From positions 9,952,629-10,016,628 of the forward strand of contig JARFYF010000064.1 of NCBI GenBank assembly GCA_030265395.1: DNA of 64,000 nt, in the 5' to 3' direction. The stretch's first letter is position 1. Each line of letters starts with the position of its first letter. The position numbers and the translations under genes were made by a program. The stretch is from Rhina ancylostomus. Taxonomy: Eukaryota. Positions 62,960 through 64,000 of the stretch are shown in pieces. Under the pieces are notes generated by a model. It ran no database searches and was not told the DNA's origin. It worked only from the letters and a program-made list of their open reading frames with translations.

Positions 62960-63370
62960 CCCTCTGACAGTGCAGCACTCCCTCAGTACTGCCCCTCCCA
63001 CAGTGCGGCACTCCCTCAGTACTGCCCCTCCCACAGTGCGGCACTCCCTCANNNNNNNNNNNNNNNNNNNNNNNNNNNNNNNNNNNNNNNNNNNNNNNNN
63101 NNNNNNNNNNNNNNNNNNNNNNNNNNNNNNNNNNNNNNNNNNNNNNNNNNNCCACAGTGGAGCACTCCCTCGGTACCGCCCCTCCCACAGTGCGGCACTC
63201 CCTCAGGACTGCCCCTCCCACAGTGCGGCACTCCCTCAGTACTGCCCCTCCCACAGTGCAGCACTCCGTCGGTACTGTCCCTCCCACAGTGCAGCACTCC
63301 CTCAGGACTGCCCCTCCCACAGTGCAGCACTCCCTCGGTACTGTCCCTCCAACAGTGCAGCACTCCCTCA
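62960..63370. repeat. Young 33-bp minisatellite (ccctcccacagtgcggcactccctcagtactgc)n derived from a Deu-type SINE segment
   Basis: Near-perfect units giving 11-aa repeats (TVRHSLSTAPP) in the ORF track. The unit matches tgacagtgcagcattccctcagtact in the SINE at ~4132-4157. Confidence 0.95.
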
Positions 63371-63554
63371 ACATTGATCCTTTGACAGTATGGAAGTCCC
63401 TCCTTTCCGCCTCTCATTTCTCCCTTAGTACCACTCCAACAATGCAGCAATCCCTCACTACTCTCTCTCTTTCCAGAGACAGTTCCAGTCCTTACTGTCA
63501 GAGAGGTAGAATTAGAGAAAAAGAGAAATGTAGAGAGAGGAATAGAGAGAGTGT

Positions 63555-63990
63555 TTAGGATGGTTCGCAGGATGCCATTCCAGCAGGTTGCTATGTTCTA
63601 AATGGCGTCCAGCTTTCTTAAGAGTTGTTGCAATGGCACTCATTCAAACAAGTGGATAGCATTCCATCACATACTTGACTTGTACCTTGTACATGGTAGA
63701 AAGTTTTCAGGAGGTGAGTCACTCACCATTGGATACCCAGCTTCTCACCAGATCTTGTAGTAGGATATTTATATGGCTGGTACAGTTGAGTGTCTAGTTA
63801 ATGGTGACCTCCCAGGTTATTGATGATGGGGAACTCAGCATAAAACTGTTCATTTCAATACATCAATTATAGTATGTCTTCCACAGTTGAACTTCATCAA
63901 CGATAGTGCCACATTAACGGGATCTCCCTATTGAAAGGCTGTGTACAGTTGCCCACTTTGTAGGATTTTACCCCTGATCTGAATGTTGGC
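63555..63990 (-). mobile_element. Old CR1/L2-group LINE fragment
   Basis: caagtggatagcattccatcacatacttgacttgtaccttgtacatggt, the same family as ~9710-9760 and ~15360-15410. Confidence 0.6.
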
Positions 63991-64000
63991 AGCATTGTGT

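Noticed and set aside
62907-63558. Long repetitive ORFs (RECCTVGGAVL / TVRHSLSTAPP) and repeated CACAGTG heptamers
   Set aside because: These are by-products of a stop-free 33-bp unit. No RSS nonamer lies at 12/23 spacing, and no Ig/TCR segments are seen.

Overview
This is repeat-rich, CpG-poor vertebrate genomic DNA, almost certainly from a cartilaginous fish (probably a ray or other batoid; inferred from the repeat families only). I recognise no host protein-coding gene, rRNA, tRNA gene or CRISPR array, so the window looks intronic or intergenic. It is dominated by decayed retroelements: HE1/V-SINE-type tRNA SINEs, SacSINE1/Deu-type SINEs, CR1, L2, RTE, Tx1 and Rex/Babar-like LINE fragments, a probable solo LTR, and many Penelope-like element (PLE) remnants. 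The most interesting signal is a minimal type I hammerhead ribozyme motif in the PLE terminal repeats. One copy (35370-35407) keeps an intact catalytic core, stem I co-varies between subfamilies, several copies sit in back-to-back inverted pairs, and most are inactivated at CpG positions. Also notable are 33-bp minisatellites that grew in situ from one SINE segment, a near-perfect 56-nt hairpin, a duplicated ~60-bp unique module, POU/homeobox-rich candidate enhancers and weak candidate exons. All family assignments are by eye from remembered consensus motifs, and boundaries are approximate. Many short N-runs fall inside repeats.
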